Assembly: GCA_964500195.1 (NCBI GenBank)
Contig: CAZCND010000002.1
Coordinates: forward strand, 1-43,054
DNA from: an uncultured Candidatus Saccharibacteria bacterium
GTDB taxonomy: Bacteria; Patescibacteriota; Minisyncoccia; Phycocordibacterales; UBA9973
Direction of reading: 5' to 3'
DNA: 43,054 bases
Shown here one piece after another: positions 1 to 10,181 of this stretch (position 1 is the stretch's first letter; every line of letters begins with the position of its first letter). A model generated the notes under the pieces. It made no database searches. It was not told the DNA's origin and was given only the letters and a program-made list of their open reading frames with translations. The position numbers and the translations under genes are program-made.

Positions 1-4
1 ACAT

Positions 5-63
5 TGCGGAGGACGACGGTCCGAGCATAGGAATTTCAGAGCACTGAAATATCCGCGTTTTTT
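5..63 (+). terminator. Structured element (GCGGA...TCCGC closing stem, two inner hairpins) ending in a T-run; 3' end of an upstream transcript cut by the window edge
   Basis: GGAC-GACG-GTCC and ATTTCAG-AGCA-CTGAAAT hairpins are enclosed by GCGGA/TCCGC and followed by GTTTTTT. Confidence 0.35.
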
Positions 64-182
64 GGAGCAATAATCTTTGGAGAGAGGCGGTATTGTGTTA
101 GTCACAGGAAGATTTGTTTCCACAAAAAGGGTTTTGCAGTGACACTGGTGAAATACATAATAAAAAAGTGTATAATACAAAT

Positions 183-587
183 ATGCAAGAAGAAAGTCAT
201 CATAAAATTTCAAATAAAAAGAAATTTTCATTATTTGCAAGAATCAGAAGCACCGACAAAGCTTGGCGTGGTTTAGGAATTATTATTCGTTCAACTCATA
301 ATCTGTGGTTTCAGATTTTCTTTTCTGTTTTAGCTATTTATATGGGCTTTGTTTTAAAAATAAGTAATGTAGAGTGGGCTCTAATCGTTTTTTCCATAGG
401 TTTAGTTATAGTTACTGAAATATTAAACTCAGCCATAGAAATAGATGTTGATTTAACGAGTCCAGGATATCACCCATTTGCTAGAGATATTAAAGATATT
501 TCTGCTGGATCAGTTTTGTTCTCTGCTTTTTTGGCTGGTATTATTGCTGTGCTAATATTTTTACCAAAGATAATATCTTTTTTTTAA
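183..587 (+). CDS. dgkA: Diacylglycerol/undecaprenol kinase family membrane protein (ORF opens at a TTG at 114; ATG at 183 preferred)
   Basis: Three hydrophobic segments plus the DgkA-type motif EILNSAIEIDVD and ARDIKDISAGSV. Confidence 0.75.
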   Translation: MQEESHHKISNKKKFSLFARIRSTDKAWRGLGIIIRSTHNLWFQIFFSVLAIYMGFVLKISNVEWALIVFSIGLVIVTEILNSAIEIDVDLTSPGYHPFARDIKDISAGSVLFSAFLAGIIAVLIFLPKIISFF

Positions 588-666
588 TTCCCCCAAAAAT
601 TTGACTTTATTTTTATATCTGATAAGATAAAAACCACGAGCTCTTTTTGAGCTTATATTATTTAAA

Positions 667-1011
667 ATGACAAGATCAATCAAAAAGGGTCCATATGTAG
701 ATGAAAGGCTTTTACAAAAGATAGCCGGAAAGAAACCGTTAGAAACCGGGGTTATTAAAACATGGTCTCGTGCTTGTGTTATATCCCCAGAAATGGTTGG
801 GTTTACATTTGGAGTTCATAATGGTAAAAATCACTTAGAAGTCTTGGTGAGTGAAGATATGGTTGGTCATCGTTTAGGTGAATTTTCTCCTACTCGAAAG
901 TTCATAAGGCACGGAGGAAAGATGCAGAAAGAGATAGAGGCTAAGAAGAAAGAAGCAGAAATCTCAGCCGCAAGAGCAGCCAAGACAGTTACAGATAGCA
1001 AGAAGAAATAA
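667..1011 (+). CDS. rpsS: 30S ribosomal protein S19 with a Lys/Ala-rich C-terminal extension
   Basis: KKGPYVD..., [13 protein letters not shown]; position upstream of L22. Confidence 0.97.
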   Translation: MTRSIKKGPYVDERLLQKIAGKKPLETGVIKTWSRACVISPEMVGFTFGVHNGKNHLEVLVSEDMVGHRLGEFSPTRKFIRHGGKMQKEIEAKKKEAEISAARAAKTVTDSKKK

Positions 1012-1032
1012 AATTATTAATAATAAAATAAA

Positions 1033-1482
1033 ATGAAAGCGTTTTTAAAAAATTACAGACAGTCCCCCCGCAAGGTTCGCCTTGTAGCGGAACTCATAAA
1101 AGGCAAAAGGGTTGCCGAAGCTCTTTTATTACTTGATACCCTACCAAAGAGAGCATCTTCTCCTCTTAAAAAGCTACTAAATTCAGCTGTTTCTAACGCT
1201 TTAAACAACAATACTTTGATTGACCCGAAAGATCTTTTTGTTTTAAGTGTAAATGTGGATAAGGGAATTGTTTTAAAGAGGATTATGCCAAGAGCCAGAG
1301 GTAGTGCTTCTCGAATAAATAAAAGAACTAGCCACGTGGTTATTACTCTAGTAGAGAAAAAGACTACAGAAAAGAAGGTTGAGAAAGAAGTAAAAAAAGA
1401 AACCAAAAAAGAAGAAGTTAAGAAGATTGAGAAAAAAGAAGTTAAACCAAAAACCAAAAAGTCGACAGGTGAGAAGAAATAG
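1033..1482 (+). CDS. rplV: 50S ribosomal protein L22 with a long Lys/Glu-rich tail
   Basis: YRQSPRKVRLVAELIKG..., MPRARGSASRINKRTSHV. Confidence 0.97.
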   Translation: MKAFLKNYRQSPRKVRLVAELIKGKRVAEALLLLDTLPKRASSPLKKLLNSAVSNALNNNTLIDPKDLFVLSVNVDKGIVLKRIMPRARGSASRINKRTSHVVITLVEKKTTEKKVEKEVKKETKKEEVKKIEKKEVKPKTKKSTGEKK

Positions 1483-1493
1483 AATATTATAAT

Positions 1494-2186
1494 ATGTCAA
1501 AAGTTGTTCACCCATATGCTCATAGATTAGTTACCTTACGTGATTGGAAATCACGCTGGTTTGGAGATGAAGATTATAAAAATCTTTTAAAGAGTGATGT
1601 TGTTATTAGGGAATTTTTAGCAAAGAAACTGAGAGGCTTTTATGTTTCTAGGATAGAAATAGAAAGAAATGCTAAAGCAACAAAAATATTAGTTTACACA
1701 TCTAGACCAGGAATGATTATCGGAAGATCAGGAGAGGGTGTATCAAAAATAAAGAGTGAGATGGTTAAAGCTCTTCATCGCAAAAACGTTGATATCCCTG
1801 GAGATTTTAAATTTGATATTGTAGAGGTTACTAATCCTGATGCTGATGCTTCCATCATTGCTTGTTCTATTGCTGAGGCTTTAGAAAAAAGATTACCATA
1901 CAGAAGAGTAATGAAGCAGACTATTGATAAAATAATGTCAGCAAGAGGGGTAAAAGGAGCACGCATTTACTTAGGAGGAAGATTGTCTGGAGCTGAAATT
2001 GCCAGAAGCGAACAAATCAAAAGAGGTTCTATTCCATTACAAACTTTTAGGGCTGATGTTGATTTTGCTAGAGAGAAAGCTCACATGAGTTATGGTGATA
2101 TTGGTATTAAGGTTTGGATATATCGAGGAGAAGTTTTTTCTGATAATAATGGGTCTAATCCAAACAAGAATCAAAATTTTAAATAA
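1494..2186 (+). CDS. rpsC: 30S ribosomal protein S3
   Basis: KVHPYAHRL..WKSRWF N-terminus, KH-domain GRSGEGVSKIK, operon order. Confidence 0.97.
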   Translation: MSKVVHPYAHRLVTLRDWKSRWFGDEDYKNLLKSDVVIREFLAKKLRGFYVSRIEIERNAKATKILVYTSRPGMIIGRSGEGVSKIKSEMVKALHRKNVDIPGDFKFDIVEVTNPDADASIIACSIAEALEKRLPYRRVMKQTIDKIMSARGVKGARIYLGGRLSGAEIARSEQIKRGSIPLQTFRADVDFAREKAHMSYGDIGIKVWIYRGEVFSDNNGSNPNKNQNFK

Positions 2187-2191
2187 ATATT

Positions 2192-2608
2192 ATGTTAATT
2201 CCGAAGAAAGTAAAATATAGAAAATGGCAAACTGGACGAAGAAATATGTCTAGAGTTTCTTCTGATACTAGGGGAACTACAGTTTCTTTTGGTTCTTATG
2301 CTCTCAAGGCTGTAACTGCAGGAAGAATTAGAACTAACCAGATAGAAGCAGCTCGTAAGGCAGCTTCCAGAGCTCTTGGAAAGGTTGGAAAAATGTGGAT
2401 TAGAATATTTCCAGACAGACCTTTTACAGCTAAAGCTGCTGAAGTTGGTATGGGAAAAGGAAAAGGAGATTTGCAGGGTTACTGTCTTTATATTCGACCA
2501 GGAAGAGTTATATTTGAGGTTGATGGGGTTTCAGATTCTGTGGCTAAAGAAGCCTTGAGAAAGGCCGGAACTAAATTACCAGTTAACACTCGTGTTGTCT
2601 CACGATAA
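2192..2608 (+). CDS. rplP: 50S ribosomal protein L16
   Basis: [16 protein letters not shown]..., [20 protein letters not shown]. Confidence 0.97.
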   Translation: MLIPKKVKYRKWQTGRRNMSRVSSDTRGTTVSFGSYALKAVTAGRIRTNQIEAARKAASRALGKVGKMWIRIFPDRPFTAKAAEVGMGKGKGDLQGYCLYIRPGRVIFEVDGVSDSVAKEALRKAGTKLPVNTRVVSR

Positions 2609-2613
2609 TATTT

Positions 2614-2859
2614 ATGGAAAATCAAGCAAAGAAAACAAATAAAATTTTAAAAGGAGTAGTTACTTCTGATAAGATGGATAAAACTGTAGTAGTTAAAGTT
2701 TCGCGTTTTGTTGAGCATAAAAAATACGGAAAGAGAATAAAAAAAACTAAGAAATACAAAGTTCACGACGAAAACAATACCAAAAAAGTTGGAGATATAG
2801 TAGAAATCGAAGAGACCCGTCCAATCTCTAAGGATAAAAAGTTTAAAGTAATTAGTTAA
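2614..2859 (+). CDS. rpsQ: 30S ribosomal protein S17 (starts 5 nt after the L16 stop, so no L29 gene lies between them)
   Basis: [18 protein letters not shown]...[18 protein letters not shown]. Confidence 0.96.
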   Translation: MENQAKKTNKILKGVVTSDKMDKTVVVKVSRFVEHKKYGKRIKKTKKYKVHDENNTKKVGDIVEIEETRPISKDKKFKVIS

Positions 2860-2869
2860 TTTCAAAAGT

Positions 2870-3241
2870 ATGATTCAAGATGGAACAGTAGTAAATATAA
2901 CAGACAATGCCGGAGGAAAAATCGGTAAGGTTTTCAAGATTCTTGGTTCTTCTAAGCGTCGCTATGCTTCCATTGGAGATCGAGTAATTTTGTCAATTAA
3001 GGTTGCTGAACCAAGAAAGATAATTAAGAAAAAAGATGTTTGCCAGGCTGTAGTTGTTAGGACAGTTAAATCATATAGAAGAAAAGATGGCTCATACATA
3101 CGTTTTGATGATAATGCTGTTGTTATTTTAGAAAAAGATAAAATGGATCCAAAAGCAGGAAGAGTATTCGGACCAATCCCTAGAGAATTAGCAGAACGTG
3201 GTTATCAAAAAATTATTTCATTAGCTCAAGAAGTTATATAG
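2870..3241 (+). CDS. rplN: 50S ribosomal protein L14
   Basis: MIQDGTVVNITDNAGGK...; canonical L14 length. Confidence 0.97.
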   Translation: MIQDGTVVNITDNAGGKIGKVFKILGSSKRRYASIGDRVILSIKVAEPRKIIKKKDVCQAVVVRTVKSYRRKDGSYIRFDDNAVVILEKDKMDPKAGRVFGPIPRELAERGYQKIISLAQEVI

Positions 3242-3245
3242 TAAT

Positions 3246-3470
3246 ATGAAAATAAAAAAAGGAGATAATATAATAGTAATAGCTGGTGCTGACAAGGGTA
3301 AAAAAGGAAAAGTTACAAAAGCTATTCCTTCTTTAAACAAGGTTATTGTTGAAGGAGTTAATATAAGAAAAAAAGCCCATAAATCAAGAAAAAAAGGAGA
3401 TCCTAGTCAAATAATCGATGTAGCTATGCCAATAGATGTTTCTAACGTGGCAAAAAAAGATAATAATTAG
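3246..3470 (+). CDS. rplX: 50S ribosomal protein L24 (short form)
   Basis: KOW motif KKGDNIIVIAGADKGKKGKV. Confidence 0.95.
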   Translation: MKIKKGDNIIVIAGADKGKKGKVTKAIPSLNKVIVEGVNIRKKAHKSRKKGDPSQIIDVAMPIDVSNVAKKDNN

Positions 3471-3488
3471 AATATTAAATTTAAGAAA

Positions 3489-4028
3489 ATGGAAACAATA
3501 AAGCAAAAAGAGAAAAAATCATTTGAAACCTTGAAAGCCAAGTATGGTTACAAGAATGTTTTATCAGCCCCTCGTTTAGTCAAAGTGGTTGTTTCAAGCG
3601 GTACTGGCTCAGGTGTTAAAAAGAATAAGGATTATAATGATTTGGTTAGAGATAGAATATCTAAAATAACAGGGCAGAAACCTTCTTTAAAGAGTGCTAA
3701 AAAATCAATAGCTAGTTTTAAGATTAGAACTGGTGATCCAGTAGGAGTAATGGTGACATTGCGAGGAGCTAGAATGTATGGCTTTTTAGAAAAACTCATT
3801 AATGTAGCTATTCCTAGAACTAAAGATTTTCGAGGAATTGACCGAAAGATTGTTGATAATATAGGGAATCTAACAATGAGTATAAAAGAGCACACTATCT
3901 TTCCAGAAACAGGAGATGAGGAGCTTAGAGATGTATTTGGATTGGCAGTTACGATGGTAACTACCGCTAAAACAAAAGCTGAAGCTTTAGATTTCTTTGA
4001 GACGATAGGGGTTCCGTTTAAGAAATAA
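3489..4028 (+). CDS. rplE: 50S ribosomal protein L5
   Basis: APRLVKVVVSSGTG..., FRGIDRKIVDNIGNLTMSIKEHTIFPE. Confidence 0.97.
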   Translation: METIKQKEKKSFETLKAKYGYKNVLSAPRLVKVVVSSGTGSGVKKNKDYNDLVRDRISKITGQKPSLKSAKKSIASFKIRTGDPVGVMVTLRGARMYGFLEKLINVAIPRTKDFRGIDRKIVDNIGNLTMSIKEHTIFPETGDEELRDVFGLAVTMVTTAKTKAEALDFFETIGVPFKK

Positions 4029-4218
4029 TATTTTTTGTTGGTATTCAAAAATCTAACTTTGTAAGATTTCTTGTTAAACCATGAGTTTTTCCCATTAACT
4101 TGTAAATTTTTTATCTTATTTTTGGGCATTGTTAATTTTCTTAATAAAAGCTCCCATTGTGTAAACTCTTTTTTGGTAGAAAATAAAAAGCAGAGATTTT
4201 TTTGAAAGAAGTAAAATA

Positions 4219-4248
4219 AAAAGCCATCCAACGGAATGGCTTTTTAAA
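4219..4248. terminator. Bidirectional intrinsic terminator between rplE and the reverse ORF
   Basis: AAAAAGCCATCC-AACG-GAATGGCTTTTT, with A and T runs on both sides. Confidence 0.7.
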
Positions 4249-4252
4249 TCTT

Positions 4253-4765
4253 TTAGAAATCAAATTCTCTTTTCATACTTCCCACAGGGAGTATGAATTT
4301 ATACAGGAGAATTTCTTTTCTTGACTCTAATAATAGAAAGCGGGGGATTTTGCCATCTATTTTTAACTCACTCACTACTAGGATCCCCGTGTTTACCAGC
4401 GTGTTGTCCTCATAGATGAGAACATTATTGCCGGCCTTAACTTTTTGTTGCACCAGTGATCCGTCCCCCCTTTTTTCGTTCCAGGTGTAATACTGGGTTG
4501 AACCTATCTGCCCATACCCTAGGATGAAGCCACCTTCAATCTCAGAGTTGCTTTTTAGGTAGATTAATGTTTTTCTTTCGATTTCTTCCCAGTGTTTTGG
4601 TTTAAGATACCAAACTGCACGACTCAATACTATCCAAACAGTGAGCCCCACTAGGAAGCACATTATTATCATTTCCAGTTTTTCTGGAATGGTGGTGTTT
4701 TTAAATTGTCCACTAATAAGTAGGACAATAAAAACAACCGACGAAAAAATCAAAAAATAAATCAT
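4253..4765 (-). CDS. Hypothetical membrane protein (two N-terminal TM segments) inserted antiparallel between rplE and rpsZ
   Basis: 170-aa ORF with hydrophobic N-terminus, flanked by a terminator and an own-promoter region; no family recognised. Confidence 0.6.
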   Translation of the reverse strand: MIYFLIFSSVVFIVLLISGQFKNTTIPEKLEMIIMCFLVGLTVWIVLSRAVWYLKPKHWEEIERKTLIYLKSNSEIEGGFILGYGQIGSTQYYTWNEKRGDGSLVQQKVKAGNNVLIYEDNTLVNTGILVVSELKIDGKIPRFLLLESRKEILLYKFILPVGSMKREFDF

Positions 4766-4994
4766 AATAAATAAATTTAAAATTTCAAATAGTATAGCAC
4801 AATAGAATCACTTTGTCAATATTTTTGGTAATGTATATACCTCTCGACTTGTGCGTGTGTTGACATTTGTAAATCATTTTGATAGTATTTAGTGGTCTCG
4901 TGCAAAGCCGATCTATGTTTCTCCTTAAGACATTTTATAAGGTTTTAAGAAAAAACATAAGATATCGCTTGGCTTGGGACTAAGTATTTTATTT

Positions 4995-5180
4995 ATGGCA
5001 AAAACATCAGTAATAGCAAGACATTTAAAAAAGGCAAAATTTAGCACCAGAAAGACTAATCGTTGTTTTCGTTGCGGACGAGCTCATGGTTACATGAGAG
5101 ATTTTGGACTTTGCCGAATTTGTTTCAGAGAAATGGCTAATGAGGGGACATTACCAGGAGTTAGAAAATCAAGCTGGTAA
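4995..5180 (+). CDS. rpsZ: 30S ribosomal protein S14, zinc-binding type Z (61 aa; ORF track start at 4974 is a TTG)
   Basis: MAKTSVIAR..., CxxC...CxxC ([20 protein letters not shown]). Confidence 0.95.
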   Translation: MAKTSVIARHLKKAKFSTRKTNRCFRCGRAHGYMRDFGLCRICFREMANEGTLPGVRKSSW

Positions 5181-5211
5181 TTTCCTATTATAATTAATTT
5201 AATTTAGACAA

Positions 5212-5601
5212 ATGGATCAAATAGCAAATATGATAAATATGATTAAGAACGCCAGTGTTAACGGACACGAGTTTGTGGTTGTTTCTTTCTCAAAAATTAA
5301 ACTAGCTATTGCCGAATGTTTAGTTAAAGAAGGATATTTAAAATCAGTTAATAAAAAGAACAGAAAAGGTTTTCCTGTTTTAGAATTAGAACTTTCATAC
5401 CAAGAAGAGGGAACCCCTAGAATTACAGGAGTAGGTAGAATATCAAAATCTTCAAGGAGAGTTTACTACGGAGTTAAAGATATAAAAAAGACAATCAGTA
5501 ATTATGGAATGGTAGTATTGTCGACACCAAAAGGAATATTAACAAACAAACAAGCTTCCAAAGAAATGGTTGGAGGAGAAGCTTTATTTAAGATTTGGTA
5601 A
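5212..5601 (+). CDS. rpsH: 30S ribosomal protein S8
   Basis: DQIANMINMIKNA..., LSTPKGILTNKQA; operon order. Confidence 0.97.
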   Translation: MDQIANMINMIKNASVNGHEFVVVSFSKIKLAIAECLVKEGYLKSVNKKNRKGFPVLELELSYQEEGTPRITGVGRISKSSRRVYYGVKDIKKTISNYGMVVLSTPKGILTNKQASKEMVGGEALFKIW

Positions 5602-5605
5602 TTAT

Positions 5606-6142
5606 ATGAGCAGGATAGGAAAACAAATAATTGAAATACCTACAAATACAGAAATTACCCAAAACGGTATAAGTCTTTCCGTTAGAGGTCCAAAGGGAAC
5701 TTTAAAAAGAGATTTTCCGGGTAAAGTTTCAATAAAGATAGATGGTAAAAATATATCTTTTGTTCCACAAGTAGAAGGAGATAAAGAAGTCAATGCTCTT
5801 TGGGGAACTTATGCTTCACATGTAAAAAATATGATAATTGGTGTTAATGAAGGATATTCTAAGAAATTAATTTTAGAAGGAGTTGGTTTTAAGTCCGATG
5901 TTTCCGGAAAAACTTTAAATTTAGCTCTTGGTTTTTCTCACCCTGTTAAGATTGAAATACCTGAAGGACTAACCGTAACAGCTGAAAAAAATAACATTAC
6001 TATTTTTGGAATAGATAAAGAATTAGTTGGATATTTTTCAGCTTCTGTTAGGGCTCATAAAAAACCTGAGCCTTATAAAGGAAAAGGATTTAGATATTCA
6101 GACGAAGTAATACGCCGAAAGCAGGGTAAAAAAGCAGCTTAA
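5606..6142 (+). CDS. rplF: 50S ribosomal protein L6 (ATG at 5606, after the S8 stop)
   Basis: MSRIGKQIIEIP...VRGPKGTL. Confidence 0.96.
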   Translation: MSRIGKQIIEIPTNTEITQNGISLSVRGPKGTLKRDFPGKVSIKIDGKNISFVPQVEGDKEVNALWGTYASHVKNMIIGVNEGYSKKLILEGVGFKSDVSGKTLNLALGFSHPVKIEIPEGLTVTAEKNNITIFGIDKELVGYFSASVRAHKKPEPYKGKGFRYSDEVIRRKQGKKAA

Positions 6143-6162
6143 TAATAAATAATTAAATTAGA

Positions 6163-6504
6163 ATGAATAAAAAAGTAGAAAAAAGAATAAGGCTTAAAAC
6201 AAAAATTAGAGCAAAAATAAAAGGGACAGATGAACGACCTCGCCTTTCAGTTTTTCGCTCAAATAATTATATTTATGCTCAGATTATAGATGATACAAGA
6301 AAAAAGACCCTAGCCTCTGCTTCTGATGTTAAAATAGATAAAGGTTCAAAAGCAGAAAGAGCTAAAATGGTAGGACAAGAAATAGCAAAGGTGGCTCTTC
6401 TAAAAAAAATAAAGAGATGTGTTTTTGATCGTAATGGATTTAAATATACAGGTCGGATAAAAGCTCTAGCTGATTCAGCCAGAGAGGCAGGTTTAGATTT
6501 TTAA
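6163..6504 (+). CDS. rplR: 50S ribosomal protein L18
   Basis: [20 protein letters not shown]; C-terminal [20 protein letters not shown]. Confidence 0.97.
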   Translation: MNKKVEKRIRLKTKIRAKIKGTDERPRLSVFRSNNYIYAQIIDDTRKKTLASASDVKIDKGSKAERAKMVGQEIAKVALLKKIKRCVFDRNGFKYTGRIKALADSAREAGLDF

Positions 6505-6508
6505 TATT

Positions 6509-7123
6509 ATGGAAAATACAGATAAGACAAGCCAAGAAGTAAAAAATAAAAACGGTTTTAATCGTCAGCCTTTTAAGGGTAAAAGAGATCAAGGGGGACG
6601 TCTTCCAAGAGCTACTTTTCAAACACCAAAACCAGATTTTGATCAAAAGATAGTTTCTATTCGTCGAGTTACTCGTGTGGTTGCAGGAGGAAGAAGAATG
6701 ACTTTTGCAGTAGCTATGGCGATTGGAGATAAAAAGGGATCTTTAGGACTAGGTACCGGCAAGGGGGGAGATACAGCTATTGCTATAAACAAAGCCCTTC
6801 GTCAGGCTAAGAAAAGTATGTTTAAAATTAAAACAGACAAAAATATGCTTATCCCTCATGAAGTTTCCGCAAAAGATACTAGCTCAGTTGTCATCATCAA
6901 ACCAAACAAAGATAAAGGATTGGTAGCTGGAAGTACAGTCAGAGAGATGTTAATTTTGGCTGGTTTAAAAAATATTACCGCAAAAATAAATTCTCGAAGT
7001 AAAAATAAATTGAACAACGCAAGAGCCACTTACAAAGCATTATTGAAATTGAAAGACAAAAGAGTCAGTCCAAAAACTTTAGAAGTAGAAAATTCTTCAA
7101 AGGCTGAAGATAAAAAAGATTAA
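6509..7123 (+). CDS. rpsE: 30S ribosomal protein S5 with N- and C-terminal extensions
   Basis: VSIRRVTRVVAGGRRMTFAVAMAIGD..GLGTGKG. Confidence 0.96.
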   Translation: MENTDKTSQEVKNKNGFNRQPFKGKRDQGGRLPRATFQTPKPDFDQKIVSIRRVTRVVAGGRRMTFAVAMAIGDKKGSLGLGTGKGGDTAIAINKALRQAKKSMFKIKTDKNMLIPHEVSAKDTSSVVIIKPNKDKGLVAGSTVREMLILAGLKNITAKINSRSKNKLNNARATYKALLKLKDKRVSPKTLEVENSSKAEDKKD

Positions 7124-7125
7124 TT

Positions 7126-7554
7126 ATGCAAATGAATTTAATAAAAAGAGAACATCCAAATAAAAAAGCTAGACAGGTTGGCCGAGGTGGAACTAGGGGT
7201 AAAACTTCTGGTCGCGGAGGTAAAGGTCAGACCGCTAGAGCTGGTAATAAGAGACGTCCTGAAATAAGAGATGTTATCAAAAAATTACCTAAACTAAGAG
7301 GTTACAGATTTAAATCAGTTTCAGCTAAACCTTTTCCTGTTAATCTGGAGGCTTTAAATGTCTTTGAGGATGGAAGTTTGATTGATAAAAAGGTATTATT
7401 AGAAAAGAAGATAATAAAACAAGAAGATGGTAAATTGCCTAGGGTTAAAATTTTAGCTAAAGGTGAGTTAGACAAGAAACTAACTATTACAGACTGCTTG
7501 GTGTCTAAAGAAGCAAAGCTTAAAATAGAGAAAGCAGGAGGTTCCATTAAATAG
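7126..7554 (+). CDS. rplO: 50S ribosomal protein L15 (starts 2 nt after the S5 stop, so no L30 gene)
   Basis: GRGGTRGKTSGRGGKGQTARAG. Confidence 0.96.
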   Translation: MQMNLIKREHPNKKARQVGRGGTRGKTSGRGGKGQTARAGNKRRPEIRDVIKKLPKLRGYRFKSVSAKPFPVNLEALNVFEDGSLIDKKVLLEKKIIKQEDGKLPRVKILAKGELDKKLTITDCLVSKEAKLKIEKAGGSIK

Positions 7555-7569
7555 TTATCTTTAAACAAA

Positions 7570-8841
7570 ATGGAAATAGTTTGGAAAAAAATAAAGATGA
7601 TGTTTAGCGATAAGATCCTAAGATCTAGGATTTTATTTGTTTTGGGAACATTAATAGTTTTTAGATTACTCTCCGCTATTCCTATTCCAGGGGTAGATGT
7701 TTTAAAACTTCAAAATTTTATAAATAATAATCAATTTGTCGGAGTTCTAAATATTTTTTCAGGAGGAGGTTTGTCTACTTTGTCTATTATAATGCTCGGG
7801 GTTGGTCCATATATTACTGGTTCTATTATCATGCAGTTATTGACCATGATGTCTCCACGATTAAAAGCAATGTATCAAGAAGATGGGGAGATAGGACGAA
7901 AAAAATTTAATCAGATAAGCCGTTTAATAACTGTTCCTTTGGCTTTAATTCAAGGAGTAGCTTTGCTTTCTTTCCTAGGCAAACAAGGTGTGCTTGGTGA
8001 TTTGTCTGTCTTTGGAATGATAACAAACATTTCAGTTGTTGTTGCTGGTTCTCTCCTAATAATGTGGATCGGTGAATTGATGTCTGAGTTTGGTATTGGT
8101 AATGGTGTTTCAATAATTATCTTTGCTGGAATTGTGGCAAGTATTCCTTCTGCTTTCTCTCAATTTATTTTTACATTTGATATGGCTAATTTACCAACCT
8201 ATATATTATTTGTTATAGTTGGAATTTTAATTGTTGCAGGAGTTGTAGTTGTCAGCGAGGCAGAAAGACCAGTCGCTGTGACTTACGCAAAGCAAATAAG
8301 AGGTGAGCATGTATCAGGAGGAACTCAGACTTATTTACCTATTAGAATAAATCAAGCTGGAGTTATTCCGATTATATTTGCTTTATCTATTTTGCTTTTC
8401 CCTCAATTAATAGGTAATTTCCTTTCTACCTCTGCTAATGTAACTCTTTTGTCAATTTCAAGAGCTATGATGTGGTTTGTGAATAACACTTGGGTTTATT
8501 CAATTACCTACTTTATATTAGTTTTCTTGTTTACTTATTTTTATACTGCTGTCACCTTTGACCCAGAACAGATATCAACTAATTTACAAAAAAACGGAGC
8601 TTTTATTCCGGGTATTAGACCAGGGCCTTCAACCAAAGAATATCTTTCTAAAATTTTAAATAGGACAACTATGATGGGGGCTGTATTCTTGGGAGTTATT
8701 GCTGTTTTACCTCTAGTTATGAAATCAGCCACTGGTATAACTTCATTTTCAATCGGGGGAACCTCTATTCTCATTGTTGTTTCGGTGGTACTCGATCTGA
8801 TAAAAAAGACAGATGCCCAACTATCAATGAGAGAATATTAA
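7570..8841 (+). CDS. secY: Preprotein translocase subunit SecY
   Basis: 10-TM profile, RILFVLGTLIVFRL, GVGPYITGSIIMQLL; position after rplO. Confidence 0.96.
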   Translation: MEIVWKKIKMMFSDKILRSRILFVLGTLIVFRLLSAIPIPGVDVLKLQNFINNNQFVGVLNIFSGGGLSTLSIIMLGVGPYITGSIIMQLLTMMSPRLKAMYQEDGEIGRKKFNQISRLITVPLALIQGVALLSFLGKQGVLGDLSVFGMITNISVVVAGSLLIMWIGELMSEFGIGNGVSIIIFAGIVASIPSAFSQFIFTFDMANLPTYILFVIVGILIVAGVVVVSEAERPVAVTYAKQIRGEHVSGGTQTYLPIRINQAGVIPIIFALSILLFPQLIGNFLSTSANVTLLSISRAMMWFVNNTWVYSITYFILVFLFTYFYTAVTFDPEQISTNLQKNGAFIPGIRPGPSTKEYLSKILNRTTMMGAVFLGVIAVLPLVMKSATGITSFSIGGTSILIVVSVVLDLIKKTDAQLSMREY

Positions 8842-8889
8842 AAACCCCAAAAAGTTGGGGTTTTTAATATTTTTATATATAATAATAAG

Positions 8890-9489
8890 ATGAATAATAA
8901 ACCAAATACTTTAATTTTTGTTGGGCGTTCTGGATCCGGAAAGGGTACTCAGATAGAAGTTTTAAAAAGATATCTACTTGATAAAAACAAAGATGTAAAA
9001 ATTAGACAAATAGTTATGGGGGAAATTTTTCGCTCTTTCTTTGGTGGAACAGGTTTTATACAGAAGGTGGCAAGAGAAGTTTCTATGGAAAAAGGTAAAT
9101 TTCAGCCAGATTTTCTAACTAACGCTTTGTTTATCAACGAAGCTATTAAACAAGCAGAAGAAGATGCGGTTTTGTTCTTTGATGGTTTTCCTAGAACAAC
9201 AGAACAACTATCAATTATAAAAGAATTTTTAACATATATTAAAAGAGGTGATCCAGTTGTTATTAATATAAATGTATCTAAAGATAGTGTTAAAAAAAGA
9301 ATGCTTTTAAGAGAAAGAGCTGACGATAAGGAGGAAGCTATCAATAGCCGCCTTGATGAATTTGATAGGTTAACAGAACCAATGTTAGAGAAGGTTAGAA
9401 AAGATTCATTCTTTAAATATGTCGAAGTAGATGGTGAGGGTTCTATAGAAGAAATACACCTTAATTTAGTTAAAAAATTAAATATATAA
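8890..9489 (+). CDS. adk: Adenylate kinase
   Basis: P-loop GRSGSGKGTQ; DGFPRTTEQ; position after secY. Confidence 0.9.
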   Translation: MNNKPNTLIFVGRSGSGKGTQIEVLKRYLLDKNKDVKIRQIVMGEIFRSFFGGTGFIQKVAREVSMEKGKFQPDFLTNALFINEAIKQAEEDAVLFFDGFPRTTEQLSIIKEFLTYIKRGDPVVININVSKDSVKKRMLLRERADDKEEAINSRLDEFDRLTEPMLEKVRKDSFFKYVEVDGEGSIEEIHLNLVKKLNI

Positions 9490-9490
9490 T

Positions 9491-10174
9491 ATGGAAAATA
9501 AAAAAATAGTAATGTCTTTAGGTGGATCTCTCATTGTGCCCAATGGGATAGATTCTCCTTTTGTTAAAACTTTTGTTTCTTTAATTAAGGAATATGTTGA
9601 TAGGGGTTATGAATTTGTTTTTATAACAGGTGGAGGTAAGATTTGTCGAGATTACGGAGAAGCCTTAAAAGAAATAACTACTCCCACAAATGAAGAATTA
9701 GACTGGTTAGGAATTTCGATTACACGAGCTAACGCTGAGTTTATGAGAATTGCTTTTGGTAATTTAGCTTTTAATAAAATTATTATTGATCCTGATTTTA
9801 TTCCTGAGACAACAAAACCTGTAATAGTTGGAGGAGGCTGGAAGCCTGGAAATAGTAGTGACTTAGCAGCTGTTCATGTTGCTAAAAGTTTGGGTATTAA
9901 GAAATTAATCAATTTATCAAACATAGATTATGTTTATGATAAAGACCCCAAAAAAGATCCTAACGCTAAACCCATAGAGAAAATAAAATGGATAGATTTT
10001 ATGTTGCTTTTTCCAAACGATTGGATTCCGGGGAGAAATATTCCCTTTGATCCTATCGCTTCTTGCGAAGCCCAGGGTCTAGGTTTAGAGGTTGTTATTT
10101 TAAACGGTAAAGAAATGGATAATCTAAAAAACTATTTAGATAATAAGCCATTTAGGGGAACAGTAATAAATTAA
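9491..10174 (+). CDS. pyrH: UMP kinase, archaeal type (amino-acid-kinase fold)
   Basis: SLGGSLIVP, ITGGGKICRDY, ISITRANAEF, GGGWKPGNSSDLAAVHVA, IDYVYDKDPKKDPNAKPI; these match the archaeal PyrH pattern. Confidence 0.8.
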   Translation: MENKKIVMSLGGSLIVPNGIDSPFVKTFVSLIKEYVDRGYEFVFITGGGKICRDYGEALKEITTPTNEELDWLGISITRANAEFMRIAFGNLAFNKIIIDPDFIPETTKPVIVGGGWKPGNSSDLAAVHVAKSLGIKKLINLSNIDYVYDKDPKKDPNAKPIEKIKWIDFMLLFPNDWIPGRNIPFDPIASCEAQGLGLEVVILNGKEMDNLKNYLDNKPFRGTVIN

Positions 10175-10181
10175 TTTAAAA

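Noticed and set aside
1-113. The window start considered as the 3' end of RNase P RNA or rRNA, or as another A-family element (it contains TGCGGAG)
   Set aside because: - No conserved RNase P or rRNA motifs were recognised.
- Similarity to elements B and C is limited to 7 nt.
- It is annotated only as a structured terminator-like element.
1053-1457. 134-aa minus-strand ORF; the same applies to 1775-1966, 2647-2865, 3632-4231, 5602-5793 and 7302-7568
   Set aside because: These are antisense shadows of highly conserved ribosomal protein genes. Their composition is the Phe/Leu/Ser-rich mirror image of Lys/Glu-rich sense frames.
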